64,000 nt of DNA from Spirochaetia bacterium (lineage in GTDB: Bacteria; Spirochaetota; Spirochaetia; SP-2023): positions 256,001 to 320,000 of the forward strand of contig CBDDCK010000004.1 of NCBI GenBank assembly GCA_965225855.1, given 5' to 3'. The notes below the pieces were generated by a model. It saw nothing but the letters and a program-made list of their open reading frames with translations, had not been told where the DNA came from and searched no databases. Position numbers and translations under genes: made by a program. Shown piece after piece: positions 43,477 through 54,860 of the stretch. Positions within the stretch are counted from its first letter, which is position 1. Each line of letters opens with the position of its first letter.

Positions 43477-45264
43477 ATGTATGAACTGAAAAACGAGTTG
43501 CCAAAAATTGGTATTCGCCCCGCTATTGATGGCCGGCGAGAAGGTATCCGCGAATCGCTTGAAGGGCGGACAATGGCGATGGCTCTAAATTTGCAAAATT
43601 TTTTGGAAAGTCAATTACGCCATCCCTCCGGTGAAAAAGTAGAATGTGTCATAGCTGAAACTTGCATTGGTGGGGTGGCTGAAGCAGCCCGCTGTGAACA
43701 GCAATTCATCAATCAAAATGTGGGGCTTTCTATAACGGTTACTCCTTGTTGGTGTTATGGTACAGAAACAATTGATATGACTCAAGGTATTCCTAAAGCA
43801 ATTTGGGGTTTTAACGGTACCGCACGCCCTGGAGCCGTTTATTTGGCAGCAGCTTTAGCTGCTCACGATCAGCTAGGTATACCGGCTTTTGGCATTTATG
43901 GCAGTGAAGTCCAAGAACCAGATGACACAAGTATTCCTAGTGATGTACAAAGTAAAATTCTTTGTTTTGTACAGGCTGGATTAGCTACAGCTTACATGAA
44001 GGGCAAAAGTTATCTTGCTTTAGGTTCTGTATCTATGGGTATTGCTGGTTCAGTCGTCAACCAAGAATTTTTATCCGATTATCTAGGCATGCGTACAGAA
44101 TTTATCGATATGACTGAAATTAAGCGTCGCTTAGAGCTAGGTATTTACGATGTAGAAGAATATCAAAAAGCTTTAGCATGGACGAAAGCAAACTGTAAAG
44201 AAGGCCAAGATATTAACAAAAAAATTCGCAACGCTGCCCAAAAAGACAAAGAATGGGAAACCGTTGTCAAGATGACGTTAATTACTCGCGATTTGATGAT
44301 TGGCAATCCAAAGCTGGCAGAGATGGGCTACCTTGAAGAAGCAGAAGGACACAATGCTATTGCAAGTGGCTTTCAAGGCCAACGCCATTGGACCGATTAC
44401 ATGCCCAACGGCGATTTTATGGAAGCAATCCTCAATTCTTCTTTCGATTGGAATGGCATTCGTAAGCCGTTTATTGTAGCTACAGAAAACGATCACTTAA
44501 ATGGAATTTCGATGTTGTTTGGGCATTTACTTTCCAAGCAAGCTCAAGTTTTTGCCGATGTACGCACTTATTGGAGCCCTGATGCTGTAGAACAAGCTAC
44601 AGGCCAAAGGCTTGGTGGCAAAGCTTCCAAAGGTATGATCCATCTGATCAATTCAGGTTCGGCCTCCTTAGATGCTACTGGTAAGTTGCAAGATAAACGA
44701 GGAAATCCTTGTATGAAACCGTTTTGGGAAATTAGTAAAACCGAAGCTGAAGCTTGCCTTCAAGTGACAACATGGCCAGCAGCTAACTACGAATATTTCC
44801 GTGGTGGTGGATTTTCTTCCTGTTTTCTCACCGATGCACAGATGCCCTTAACGATGATTCGTCTAAATTTGATTAAAGGACTCGGCCCGGTTTTACAAAT
44901 TGCGGAAGGCTATTCTCTCAAAATTGCAGCAGAAATTCACGACAAACTAAACTTGGTAACCGATCCAACTTGGCCAACCACTTGGTTTGTGCCGAATCTC
45001 ACCGGTCAAGGGGCATTTACCGACGTCTATTCTGTGATGAATCATTGGGGGGCCAACCATGGGGCTTTTACCTATGGGCATATCGGCCATTTATACATTG
45101 CTTTGGCGGCAATATTGCGCATTCCTGTTGCAATGCATAATGTAGCAGAAGCTAGAATATTCCGGCCCAAAATCTGGAGTGCGTTTGGTACTCAAAATTT
45201 GGAAAGTGCTGATTTTCGCGCCTGTGATGCTTTGGGCCCATTGTATGGCAAACTGAAGCGTTAG
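43477..45264 (+). CDS. fucI: L-fucose isomerase
   Basis: [39 protein letters not shown]. Confidence 0.96.
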   Translation: MYELKNELPKIGIRPAIDGRREGIRESLEGRTMAMALNLQNFLESQLRHPSGEKVECVIAETCIGGVAEAARCEQQFINQNVGLSITVTPCWCYGTETIDMTQGIPKAIWGFNGTARPGAVYLAAALAAHDQLGIPAFGIYGSEVQEPDDTSIPSDVQSKILCFVQAGLATAYMKGKSYLALGSVSMGIAGSVVNQEFLSDYLGMRTEFIDMTEIKRRLELGIYDVEEYQKALAWTKANCKEGQDINKKIRNAAQKDKEWETVVKMTLITRDLMIGNPKLAEMGYLEEAEGHNAIASGFQGQRHWTDYMPNGDFMEAILNSSFDWNGIRKPFIVATENDHLNGISMLFGHLLSKQAQVFADVRTYWSPDAVEQATGQRLGGKASKGMIHLINSGSASLDATGKLQDKRGNPCMKPFWEISKTEAEACLQVTTWPAANYEYFRGGGFSSCFLTDAQMPLTMIRLNLIKGLGPVLQIAEGYSLKIAAEIHDKLNLVTDPTWPTTWFVPNLTGQGAFTDVYSVMNHWGANHGAFTYGHIGHLYIALAAILRIPVAMHNVAEARIFRPKIWSAFGTQNLESADFRACDALGPLYGKLKR

Positions 45265-45271
45265 TTTAAAA

Positions 45272-45320
45272 AATCTGTTTAGAGCGTTTATTATTTTTAG
45301 ACCATAGCTCTAAACAGATT
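45272..45320 (+). terminator. Hairpin after fucI
   Basis: Perfect 14-bp inverted repeat AATCTGTTTAGAGC...GCTCTAAACAGATT. Confidence 0.6.
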
Positions 45321-45384
45321 ATAGACATACTAATATATTTTCGTTAGATTAGCGGGCAGTTTCCAGTTTATCATGGAAGCTTTA

Positions 45385-45471
45385 GGAGAGATGCCAGAGT
45401 GGTTGAATGGAGCGGTCTCGAAAATCGTTGTAGGTTTCGGCTTACCGAGGGTTCGAATCCCTCTCTCTCCG
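45385..45471 (+). tRNA. tRNA-Ser (CGA)
   Basis: GGAGAGA..TCTCTCC acceptor stem, CTCGAAA loop, long variable arm, GGTTCGAATCC. Confidence 0.96.
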
Positions 45472-45584
45472 ATATATTTTGTAAGCTAGTTATTTAATGC
45501 TACCATAGCAAATGGTTGATAAACGGTTGATCATTTGTGTTCTTGCAATTATAACAAGAATGAAATTCTATCATCGAGCATTTA

Positions 45585-46415
45585 ATGGATCATTTAAACG
45601 AATATAAAAAATCATATTATTCGCAGTTTGGTGAAGAAGGTATATTAGAAGAAATATTTGAAAGATTAGATATTTCTACGGAATGGAGGGGTATTTTCTG
45701 TGAATTTGGAGCATGGGATGGAAAACATCTTTCAAATACCTACTATTTTTATAAAGAAAAAGGCTGGACAGGGTTGTATATAGAAGCAGACCCAGAGAAG
45801 ATAAGAGACTTATACAAAAACATTCCCGATGAAAATATTAAAAAAGAAAATTCGCTGGTGGAAATTGCAGGTGAAAATAGTCTGGATAATATTTTCCAAC
45901 GGAATAATATGCCCAAGGAAATTGATTTACTATCAATAGATATTGATAGTGATGATTATGCTGTCTGGGAAAATTTTGTAAACTATAGTTCTAAAGTTGT
46001 GGTGATAGAGATCAATCCATCAATACCTATGCACATTGAATATATACAAAAAGCTGGTAGCAATAAGGGAAATTCAGCTAGGGCTATGTATAATCTTGGC
46101 ATTGCAAAAGGTTATTCATTAGTTGCGTCTACAAAGTGCAATTTATTTTTCGTTAAGAAAAGCCTATGCTCAAAATTAAAAATCCAAGAGGACTTGGCGT
46201 TAGAATCTGTATTTACGCCATCTGCATGTTTATTTATGACTTACGATGGCAAAGTTGAACGCCATAATTCTGAAAGTGTCTCCCATCTTTGGACAGGGCA
46301 GGAAATAGTCGTGCTACCTGTTAAAAGAACTCCAATAAGAAGATTTTTTATATCTGTATTAAAAGTTTTGCATGTTTATCCTATAGCTAAGCTTATTTAT
46401 AGAAAATTTTTGTAA
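45585..46415 (+). CDS. FkbM-like SAM-dependent methyltransferase
   Basis: YSQFGEEGIL, CEFGAWDG, IEAD, DLLSIDID, VVIEIN. Confidence 0.75.
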   Translation: MDHLNEYKKSYYSQFGEEGILEEIFERLDISTEWRGIFCEFGAWDGKHLSNTYYFYKEKGWTGLYIEADPEKIRDLYKNIPDENIKKENSLVEIAGENSLDNIFQRNNMPKEIDLLSIDIDSDDYAVWENFVNYSSKVVVIEINPSIPMHIEYIQKAGSNKGNSARAMYNLGIAKGYSLVASTKCNLFFVKKSLCSKLKIQEDLALESVFTPSACLFMTYDGKVERHNSESVSHLWTGQEIVVLPVKRTPIRRFFISVLKVLHVYPIAKLIYRKFL

Positions 46416-46627
46416 AAACGTCTGATTATACGATAAAAATTTTCATGAGTGGTATAAAACCAAAAAACAACCGATCTACCCGATTTGACAGAATTGCCCG
46501 CAATATCTGAATTGCCAGATATATTGAGCGAATCCGACTTAGCTTCCTTGGCTACTTTAACCAACCCAAAGCAACAAACCCAAAACACTGTATGGCCAAA
46601 GTTGTTTGCGCAAAGCGCTTTCGGTAT

Positions 46628-46703
46628 ATACGGGAAGAGCTTCGACTAAATACGGGAAGAGCCCCGACTAAATACGGAGAGAGCTTCGGCTAAATACGGG
46701 AAG
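46628..46703 (+). repeat. 22-bp tandem repeat, 3.5 copies
   Basis: ATACGGGAAGAGCTTCGACTAA-like units start at 46628, 46650, 46672, 46694; a 16-bp-period duplication GAAACAGCCACAGGC follows at 46736-46766. Confidence 0.85.
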
Positions 46704-46981
46704 CCAATATAGCCAAAACTATTGATCATTGCATGGAAACAGCCACAGGCTGAAACAGCCACAGGCCAAACCAACAACCCTTAAGCCTTTTGATTGGCAT
46801 TGATTTTTAACCACCTTATAACACTAAAAAACAAAAAAAGTACCCCAAACATAAAAAAGCACAAAAAAACTTACAAAAAGCCTTATAAAGGCCTTGACGC
46901 AACACCCCCCTAGCAAAATGGGCACTGTACACTAGCCCGTATGGGTTGGCCAATCTTTATCCATTGTTGGAGGTATTGCTT

Positions 46982-48754
46982 ATGTATAAGCTAAAACTAC
47001 TTTTATTGCCTGTAGCCTGGCTACTGGCCTTTATGGCCTTGGCCTGCGCCCCACCCGATGACGATGATCGATCTTCTGGGCCGTCTAAGCCGACTATCAA
47101 TAACGCCATCTACGATGTTGGCACGGCTCTGTTAACCGTACAAGGTACCCACTTAAGTCCTACAACTGCGACCCAAGCGCAAATCAAAACTATCAAAGTA
47201 TATGGCGTAGCCTTAGATTCCTATACTGCAGATGACCCAGCCACTGGGGTAAATAGTAACGGTCTTGAACAAGGTAAGTACCGTATTGCAAACGATGGCA
47301 CAGCGCTTTGGCTTAGACTTACCGATGACGATAAAGCTACTCTGAATGGCAAGCCCGGTATGGATAGCGATAGTCTAAAAAAAGGCTTGCTTAGCGTTGG
47401 CTCTGGTGCTTGGGCAGGTTTAAATACACCTAAAGACTTGGACGTTAGTAATGTACCCGAAAATAAGCAGTCTAAAGTATCCGATGACAATCAGCCATCT
47501 AAGCAAGCTGAAGAAGACGAACAAGACGAACAAGACGAACAGCAGTCGCCTAAGCAAGCCGAACAAGCTGAACAAGTCGAACAAGCTGAACAAGCCGAAG
47601 AGGAGTCGCGTAAGCAAACTGAAGCCGAACAAGCTGAACAAGCTGAAGAGGAGTCGCCTAAAGCCGCAATTACCGGTGCAACCTACCATGTTGGCACGGC
47701 TCTGCTAACTGTACAAGGTACTCACTTAGGTAGTGCGACCCAAGCCCAAATCCAAACTATCAAAGTATATGACCTAGTCTTCAGTTCCTATACTGCCACA
47801 GCCACTGGGCCAGATAGTCGTGGTCTTGCAAAAGGTAAGTACCGCATTAAAAACGATGGCACAGCGCTTTGGCTTAGACTTACCGATGACGATAAAGATG
47901 CTCTGAATGGCAAGGACGGTATGGATAGCAATGGTCTAAAAGATGGGTTGCTTAGCGTTGGCACTGGTGCTTGGGCGGGTTTAGATACAGCCAAAGGCTT
48001 GGCCGTTAGTGGAAACCCCGCACCCACAATTACCAGTGCAACCTACGATGTAGATACAGGCGTGTTAGTGATTACAGGTGTCAATTTACCAGAAGCAGTT
48101 GCAGGCTGGGACTTTAGCAAATTGAGGCTTGTCGCAGGTAATGGTCGTAAGAGTAAACCATTATTAAAGCACAACCCAACCGGTATTAATAGAGCTACAG
48201 GTTCTGCAGCAAGTGCAACAAGCTTAACGATTACTTTAAAGGGTAGTGAATACAGTAAAGCCAGCAATATACTGGTTGAGAATGGTAAAAGAGATGCTAA
48301 TGGTGCATACAACCTGGAAGCAGCAGCAGGATTTGCAGGTGGTAGGGCTGAAGACACAAGCAATAACCCTATTACCGTTAGTGGGTATGTAGGCCAGATC
48401 ACCAACTCACAATACAATTCACGTACAGGCGTGTTAAGGATTAATGGTAGCAGGTTACCGTCAACAGTGGATAACTGGGACTTTAGCAAATTGACGCTTG
48501 TATCCGGTGATGGTAGTAAGAGATACACATTACCCCAGCACGCAACTGCAGGTGAAAACACAGCCACAGGTACTGCAGCAGGTAAAGGCTACTTAAGTAT
48601 TACTTTAAGCGGTACTGAAAAAGCCAAAGCCGATGCTATACTTGATACGGTTGGTTTTCAAGATGCTGATGGTTATTACAACCTGGAAGCAGCAGCAGGA
48701 TTTGTAACTGGTAGTCCAGAAGACCTAACAAAAAATTATATTTTAGTAGTTTGA
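46982..48754 (+). CDS. Repeat-domain surface lipoprotein (adhesin-like)
   Basis: GGAGGT RBS, MALA-C lipobox; two near-identical ~120-aa domains separated by a Q/E/A low-complexity linker, then two ITxxxY...WDFSKL...YNLEAAAGF domains. Confidence 0.8.
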   Translation: MYKLKLLLLPVAWLLAFMALACAPPDDDDRSSGPSKPTINNAIYDVGTALLTVQGTHLSPTTATQAQIKTIKVYGVALDSYTADDPATGVNSNGLEQGKYRIANDGTALWLRLTDDDKATLNGKPGMDSDSLKKGLLSVGSGAWAGLNTPKDLDVSNVPENKQSKVSDDNQPSKQAEEDEQDEQDEQQSPKQAEQAEQVEQAEQAEEESRKQTEAEQAEQAEEESPKAAITGATYHVGTALLTVQGTHLGSATQAQIQTIKVYDLVFSSYTATATGPDSRGLAKGKYRIKNDGTALWLRLTDDDKDALNGKDGMDSNGLKDGLLSVGTGAWAGLDTAKGLAVSGNPAPTITSATYDVDTGVLVITGVNLPEAVAGWDFSKLRLVAGNGRKSKPLLKHNPTGINRATGSAASATSLTITLKGSEYSKASNILVENGKRDANGAYNLEAAAGFAGGRAEDTSNNPITVSGYVGQITNSQYNSRTGVLRINGSRLPSTVDNWDFSKLTLVSGDGSKRYTLPQHATAGENTATGTAAGKGYLSITLSGTEKAKADAILDTVGFQDADGYYNLEAAAGFVTGSPEDLTKNYILVV

Positions 48755-48804
48755 CTGCGCTTGCCCAATAGCTCTTAGAGCAGCTAAGTGAAAGCTGGCA
48801 GGCA

Positions 48805-48843
48805 GGCCAACCAAGTAAATGCTGCAAGCAATGCTTGGTTGGC
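48805..48843. terminator. Hairpin between convergent genes
   Basis: GCCAACCAAG...CTTGGTTGGC inverted repeat. Confidence 0.6.
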
Positions 48844-48943
48844 TTATTGTTAGCCCTTAGATAATAGGCTTAGTGGGCAAGCAAGTTTTGGCAAGTATAA
48901 AAGTAAATTCACAAATTAAAGGGATATTACCCAATCCCAAATG

Positions 48944-50149
48944 CTAGTATGTGTTCATTTTTTTTCTACGACTAAGTATCACTTGGAAAGTAAATTGTTT
49001 GCCATTTCGGATAACGGTTAAGCTTACTTTGTCGCCAGGTTGGGTAGGTTCCAATGCTGAATATAAGTCGGCCATACTGGAAACTTCGCTATTATTTATT
49101 TGGGTAATAATATCGCCACCCAAATAAATAATTTGGTTTCCTCGGCGCACGGCTTGATTGGGTTGTCCACCTTTAAGACCGGCTTTTTCGGCTTCACTGT
49201 TTTTTAGCACTTGAGAGATAAGTAGGCCTTTTTCTACAGATAAATTGCTATACCGAACTAATTGTGGAAACAGTGGGATCACTTGTATATCAATCCAGCC
49301 CCGACGAACTTCACCGAATTGAATCAAATCTGGTAGTACGCGTTTGACCGTGCTGATGGGGACGGCAAAGCCCAAGCCTATCGATCCCCCTCCATTGGGC
49401 GAATAAATAGAAGAATTGACCCCAATCATTTTCCCTTGTGAGTTTAGTAAAGGCCCCCCGGAGTTTCCTGGATTGATGGAAGCATCGGTTTGGATCATTC
49501 CTTGGATAATTAGGCCATTTTCATTTTGAATTGGGCGCCCCAAACCAGAGACGATACCCACAGTTAAGGTACGTTCAAAGCCGTAGGGGTTACCAATGGC
49601 AAAAACTTTTTGACCAACTTGCAAGCCTTCCTCTTTAACAAAGGCAATCGTACTAAGTTTACGCCCTTTGGGCTCAAACCGAACAATGGCTAAATCATTT
49701 TCTGGGTCAGAGCCCACAGTCTTACCTTCAAATTGGCTGCCATCATACAAGGTAATTAATAGCTTTGAAGCATTTTGCACCACATGACTGTTCGTCAAAA
49801 TATAACCATCTTTGTCGATAATAGAACCTGAACCAATGGCTTCATCTTTGCGGGGTATCGGTTCAAAAAACCAGTTAAAAATGCGTGTTTCTTTCCAGGC
49901 TGTAATATTTACCACAGCTTGATTAGTTTTTTCGTAAACTTTAATATTGTTGGCTTCGCTATTTGTATAAGATTTTTGATACCAACTAACTGCTTGTGCT
50001 TCTGGATAGTCTGTTTTGATTTCGATTAATTTGGTGCTTGTTTGTTTCGTTTGACCGTCAAAATAATTTATAGCTAGGTACACTAATACGGCCCCCAAAA
50101 AACCAGAACAAAAATTGAGTGCCACCATTTTTATTATTTCTTTGCGCAT
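48944..50149 (-). CDS. htrA: HtrA/DegP-family serine protease with one PDZ domain
   Basis: GSG, TNSHV (His), DLA (Asp), GNSGGP (Ser), C-terminal PDZ. Confidence 0.93.
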   Translation of the reverse strand: MRKEIIKMVALNFCSGFLGAVLVYLAINYFDGQTKQTSTKLIEIKTDYPEAQAVSWYQKSYTNSEANNIKVYEKTNQAVVNITAWKETRIFNWFFEPIPRKDEAIGSGSIIDKDGYILTNSHVVQNASKLLITLYDGSQFEGKTVGSDPENDLAIVRFEPKGRKLSTIAFVKEEGLQVGQKVFAIGNPYGFERTLTVGIVSGLGRPIQNENGLIIQGMIQTDASINPGNSGGPLLNSQGKMIGVNSSIYSPNGGGSIGLGFAVPISTVKRVLPDLIQFGEVRRGWIDIQVIPLFPQLVRYSNLSVEKGLLISQVLKNSEAEKAGLKGGQPNQAVRRGNQIIYLGGDIITQINNSEVSSMADLYSALEPTQPGDKVSLTVIRNGKQFTFQVILSRRKKMNTY

Positions 50150-50268
50150 GAATTCAAATACCTTATTGTAAATTCTAAACAGTTTTTCTAAAAACTAAAA
50201 AGAAAAATAGGGGAAGACAGAAGATTTCTACTCGTGCAATTTTTCCCTTGTTAAAAATTACACTCTGT

Positions 50269-51708
50269 TTATATAACCATAACATGGAGTAAATTACTAT
50301 AGCCACTAATACCCAAAGGAATCCCCGCTGTGATGACAACTTCATCTCCTTTTTCCGCTAGCTTATTTTGGGCTAAAGCTTTGCAGACTAAGTCAAAAAG
50401 TTCATCGACACTTTGCGCCATAGTGGTTTTAATTGGAGTTACTCCCCAAATTACAGAAAGCTGGTAAAATGTTATCGAGCTGTGCGTTAAACCAATAATT
50501 GGGCAGTGTGGTCTAAATCGGGCCACCGAACGTGCGGTTCGCCCTGATTCGGTACAGGCCACAATAAACTTTGCATTGGTATCGGCTGCAAGCATACATG
50601 CGGAATAACCAATAGCGGTTTCACATTTGTTTGGAAGATCAGTTGGGAGTTCTGTATCAGGCTTAATCAAATATGGCAAATGAGGTGTTGTCGACTCAGC
50701 AATTTGGACCATTTTCAAGCAGGATTCAATTGGATATTTACCGGCTGCGGTTTCGTCTGAAAGCATAACGGCATCGCTACCATCATACATGGCATTGGCC
50801 ACATCGCTAACTTCAGCACGAGTTGGAATGGAAGACTCCACCATGGAGAGCAGCATCTGGGTAGCGGTGATAACAAATTTGCCTTGACTTCTGGCTTTGG
50901 CAATCAAATTTTTTTGGATAGCTGGTAATTCGACCATAGGCATTTCCACACCCAAATCACCGCGCGCCACCATAATACCATCTAATTTTTCCAAGATTGC
51001 ATCAATGCATTTTACCGCTTGAGGCTTTTCAATTTTTGCCAACAGCATAGGAGGAGATTTAATATTTTTAAACGAGTCGATGATTGGCTGGACATCTTCG
51101 GGATTGCGCACAAAAGATAATGCAATAAAATCTACACCCAGTTCAATACCTAATTTCAGATCAGCCATATCTTTATCGGTCATAGCCGGAATTTGAAGCT
51201 CACTTTCTGGCATGTTGACACCTTTGCGCTTAAGCAGCGTACCCGGTTTGGTAACTTGGCAAATAACTTTATGACCATCAATACGTTTTACCAAAGCCGC
51301 CATTTTTCCATCGGAAAATAAAATTCTTTCGCCAACTTTTAAATCTTCTGAAAGAAAATCATAATCTACTGGTAGTGCCTCTGCTATTGGCAAGTTGTAC
51401 TTACTGGCTGCCAAAATTAATTCTTTCCTTTCAACTAAAAGAATCCCTTCTTCTGGCAGATTCGCATTCATACGAATTTTAGGGCCTTGCAAGTCCTGCA
51501 AAATCCCAATATTCAAATCCATTTCTTTGGAAATGCGGCGAATAGTTTCTACTTTTGCGCGGTAAAATTCATGGTCTCCATGGGAGAAATTTAAGCGCAC
51601 AGTATTCATACCCGCTTCAATTAAAGCACGGATTTTTTCTTCGGTCTCTGTTACCGGGCCAATCGTACAAACTATTTTCGGTGCACGACTAATTCTTTTT
51701 TCTAACAT
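50269..51708 (-). CDS. pyk: Pyruvate kinase
   Basis: KIVCTIGP, RLNFSHG, DLQGPKIR, MVARGDLGVE, ATQML. Confidence 0.97.
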   Translation of the reverse strand: MLEKRISRAPKIVCTIGPVTETEEKIRALIEAGMNTVRLNFSHGDHEFYRAKVETIRRISKEMDLNIGILQDLQGPKIRMNANLPEEGILLVERKELILAASKYNLPIAEALPVDYDFLSEDLKVGERILFSDGKMAALVKRIDGHKVICQVTKPGTLLKRKGVNMPESELQIPAMTDKDMADLKLGIELGVDFIALSFVRNPEDVQPIIDSFKNIKSPPMLLAKIEKPQAVKCIDAILEKLDGIMVARGDLGVEMPMVELPAIQKNLIAKARSQGKFVITATQMLLSMVESSIPTRAEVSDVANAMYDGSDAVMLSDETAAGKYPIESCLKMVQIAESTTPHLPYLIKPDTELPTDLPNKCETAIGYSACMLAADTNAKFIVACTESGRTARSVARFRPHCPIIGLTHSSITFYQLSVIWGVTPIKTTMAQSVDELFDLVCKALAQNKLAEKGDEVVITAGIPLGISGYSNLLHVMVI

Positions 51709-51851
51709 AAATTTTATCCTTAATAGTTAGTAATTCAATTTGCGTAGTATATTGTTTTCTCAAATTTGGGACAATCCAGATAGACAAGTAAAGATAGTGA
51801 AACTAATTCTAATAATTTAACTACGATAATCTAGTATAATTAATACAATGA

Positions 51852-51880
51852 TTGACAAATTAAAATATAAATGCTAAACT
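51852..51880 (+). promoter_or_regulatory. Sigma70 promoter of rrf2-suf
   Basis: TTGACA-17 bp-TAAACT with extended TGn. Confidence 0.6.
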
Positions 51881-51887
51881 ATTGCAA

Positions 51888-52373
51888 ATGAAATTTTCTA
51901 CATCTGTTGATATGGCTTTACAAATTTTAGTTTATTTAGCTCAAAGAAGAGCAGACGGTTTGGCTTCAGCACCAGAGGTGAGTCAGGCATTGCAAGTCTC
52001 TTATAATAATGTAGTGCGCATTATTAATCGCTTGCAGAATGCTGGTTTAATTTTTACTCGTGCTGGGAGATATGGCGGTATGGAATTGGCTCTTCCCGTG
52101 GAAAAAATTACAGTTTTAGCCATAGTAAAATCTATTGATGGCCCAACCAAATTAGCTCCGTGTGGCCATAAAGAAGGAAATAAAACTTCAAATACTAATG
52201 TTGTTTCGTCTAATTGTAATATACAAAGTTGTAGAATTCGTGAAGAATTATTACAGCTCAATACAAAAATTGACGCTTTGTTGGAAAGCGTTAGCATTGC
52301 TAGCATTGTTGGTCGGCAACCTAAAGGAAATGAAAGTGTATCTGTTTTGTTACAGGTTGGAAATTACAGGTAA
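51888..52373 (+). CDS. Rrf2-family (IscR-like) regulator
   Basis: ALQILVYLA, GRYGGMELA, IDG, three C-terminal Cys. Confidence 0.9.
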   Translation: MKFSTSVDMALQILVYLAQRRADGLASAPEVSQALQVSYNNVVRIINRLQNAGLIFTRAGRYGGMELALPVEKITVLAIVKSIDGPTKLAPCGHKEGNKTSNTNVVSSNCNIQSCRIREELLQLNTKIDALLESVSIASIVGRQPKGNESVSVLLQVGNYR

Positions 52374-52463
52374 AAATCTAGCTGAAAGCAGCGATAACAG
52401 AGAAATCTCGATATTGGAACAAAAAGGCCTCCGGCCAAAAATAAATTATATTTAGAGGTGTAT

Positions 52464-53951
52464 ATGAACCAACAGTACCAAAAATTAAGTGACAACCCGA
52501 TTGCCGAAGCTTATAATCCTTTGGACGATTTAACTGGTAGTGAATATAAGTATGGTTTTAAGACCGAAATTGATAGTGAAGTTGCGCCCAAAGGCTTGAA
52601 TGAAGACATTGTTCGCATGATTTCAGCCAAAAAAAATGAGCCCGATTTTATATTGGAATTTCGCTTAAAAGCATTTCGCCATTGGCAAAATATGATAGAG
52701 CCCCGCTGGGGTAATCTTGAATACGGCAAAATCTATTTTCAAGACTATCACTATTATTCAGCTCCTAGAAAAAAACAGGTTCAATACCAATCTTTGGATG
52801 AAATTGACCCAGAACTAAAGCGCACTTTTGACAAGTTGGGAGTGCCTATTTTGGAACAGAAAAAAATGGCCAATGTAGCGATTGATGCAATTTTTGATAG
52901 TGTTTCGGTCGCCACCACTTTCCGTGAAAAACTAAAAGAAGCTGGGGTTATTTTCTGCTCTATTTCTGAAGCTATGCATGATTACCCAGAATTAATCAAA
53001 AAATATTTGGGATCTGTGGTGCCTTATACGGATAATTTTTATGCTGCTCTCAATTCTGCCGTATTTACCGATGGCTCTTTTTGTTATGTGCCCAAAAATA
53101 CAGTTTGTCCTATGGAGCTTTCCTCGTATTTTCGCATTAACACTCAAGATACGGGCCAGTTTGAGCGGACATTGATCGTTTGTGAAGAATCCAGTTACGT
53201 CAGTTATTTGGAAGGTTGTACTGCACCGATGTTTGACACTCGACAATTACATGCTGCAATTGTCGAATTAGTCGCACTGGATAATGCGACTATCAAATAT
53301 GCCACAGTCCAAAACTGGTACCCCGGTGATAAAGAAACAGGTGAAGGTGGCATTTACAATTTTGTGATTAAGCGCGGTAAATGTTTGGGCAAAAATTCGC
53401 GTATCACTTGGACTCAAATAGAAACTGGTTCAGCCATTACGTGGAAATATCCGAGTTGTATTTTACTGGGCGACAATTCAGTAGGAGAATTTTTTTCTGT
53501 AGCGGTAACTAATGGGCGCCAACAAGCCGACACGGGTACCAAAATGGTGCATGTTGGCAAAAACACTAAAAGCACTATTTTAGCGCGTGGTATTTCTGCT
53601 GGTAAGTCGATGAATACCTATCGTGGTTTGGTACAAATCAATAAAAGTGCTACTGGAGCGCAAAATTTTACCCAATGTGATTCTATGTTAATTGGCAGTA
53701 ATTCAGGGGCTTGTACCTATCCCTATATTGATGTACGCAACAGTAGCTCAGAAGTGGGCCATGAAGCGACTACGGTGCGCATCAGTGAAGAACAATTGTT
53801 TTATTGCCAGCAGCGAGGCATTGGCCCCGATGATGCTCTAGCTACAATCGTCAATGGCTTTTGTGCCGATGTCTTCCGTACTCTGCCGACTGAATTTGCA
53901 GTGGAGTCCAACCGATTGATGGAACTAAAATTGGAAAATACGGTTGGTTAA
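52464..53951 (+). CDS. sufB: Fe-S assembly protein SufB
   Basis: [34 protein letters not shown]. Confidence 0.97.
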   Translation: MNQQYQKLSDNPIAEAYNPLDDLTGSEYKYGFKTEIDSEVAPKGLNEDIVRMISAKKNEPDFILEFRLKAFRHWQNMIEPRWGNLEYGKIYFQDYHYYSAPRKKQVQYQSLDEIDPELKRTFDKLGVPILEQKKMANVAIDAIFDSVSVATTFREKLKEAGVIFCSISEAMHDYPELIKKYLGSVVPYTDNFYAALNSAVFTDGSFCYVPKNTVCPMELSSYFRINTQDTGQFERTLIVCEESSYVSYLEGCTAPMFDTRQLHAAIVELVALDNATIKYATVQNWYPGDKETGEGGIYNFVIKRGKCLGKNSRITWTQIETGSAITWKYPSCILLGDNSVGEFFSVAVTNGRQQADTGTKMVHVGKNTKSTILARGISAGKSMNTYRGLVQINKSATGAQNFTQCDSMLIGSNSGACTYPYIDVRNSSSEVGHEATTVRISEEQLFYCQQRGIGPDDALATIVNGFCADVFRTLPTEFAVESNRLMELKLENTVG

Positions 53952-54062
53952 GTGCAATCAAGAATTGTCTTCAGTTTTATAAAAATTTTCTATTCGAGTT
54001 GTGCAGAATTATTGGGAATTGAGAGGGACCAGTCCCTAATTTAAGGAGAAATAAAAAATCGT

Positions 54063-54812
54063 ATGCTTGAAATTAAAGACCTTAGTGTCTCGATTGATAA
54101 TAAAAAAATACTCGATGGTTTTGGGTTATCTATCCAGCAAGGAGAAATTCATGCGATTATGGGGCCCAATGGCTCAGGCAAATCAACTCTTTCTAAAGTG
54201 ATTGCGGGCCACCCGAATTACCAAGTAGACAGTGGAGAGTTGCTACTCAATGGTGTAAATTTAGCTGAATTAGAGCCAGAAGAACGTTCCCATGCTGGAA
54301 TTTTTCTAGCTTTGCAGTATCCTATTGAAATTCCCGGGGTAAATAGCAGTGATTTTTTGCGCATGATCTACAATGCCAAGCGCAAGAGCCAAGGACAAAA
54401 TGAAGTCGATCCTATTGATTTTGCCGATTTGATTACAGAAAAACTGCCAGAAATAGGTCTAGATTTGTCTTTTATGGAAAGGTCGGTTAATCAAGGTTTT
54501 TCTGGGGGTGAGAAAAAGCGCAATGAAATATTGCAAATGTTGTTGCTGAACCCGAAACTTGCAATTTTAGATGAAATTGATTCTGGCCTTGATATTGATG
54601 CTCTACGTACCTTGGGTTCAGCAGTATTGAAATTTCAACAGCAAAGCCAAAGCGAAAAAAGTTTATTGTTGATCACGCACTATCAACGGTTGCTTGATTT
54701 TATCCGCCCAACTCATGTTCATATTATGATTGAAGGTAAAATTGCCAAATCGGGGGATTTTCAATTGGCAGAAGATTTAGAAAAGACTGGTTATGATCCT
54801 TATGTGTCGTAA
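54063..54812 (+). CDS. sufC: Fe-S assembly ATPase SufC
   Basis: GPNGSGKST, GFSGGEKKRNE, LDEIDSGLD, ITHYQR. Confidence 0.97.
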   Translation: MLEIKDLSVSIDNKKILDGFGLSIQQGEIHAIMGPNGSGKSTLSKVIAGHPNYQVDSGELLLNGVNLAELEPEERSHAGIFLALQYPIEIPGVNSSDFLRMIYNAKRKSQGQNEVDPIDFADLITEKLPEIGLDLSFMERSVNQGFSGGEKKRNEILQMLLLNPKLAILDEIDSGLDIDALRTLGSAVLKFQQQSQSEKSLLLITHYQRLLDFIRPTHVHIMIEGKIAKSGDFQLAEDLEKTGYDPYVS

Positions 54813-54860
54813 TTTATTTTGCATCAATCCATTTTATTATTATCGATCAAAGAGGGACTT

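Noticed and set aside
34053..45384. Integrative mobile element between tRNA-Thr and tRNA-Ser
   Set aside because: The block lies at the 5' side of both tRNAs; no integrase, transposase or att duplication seen
46628..46703. Possible CRISPR array or plasmid origin
   Set aside because: Head-to-tail repeats with no spacers; no rep gene or DnaA-box cluster seen
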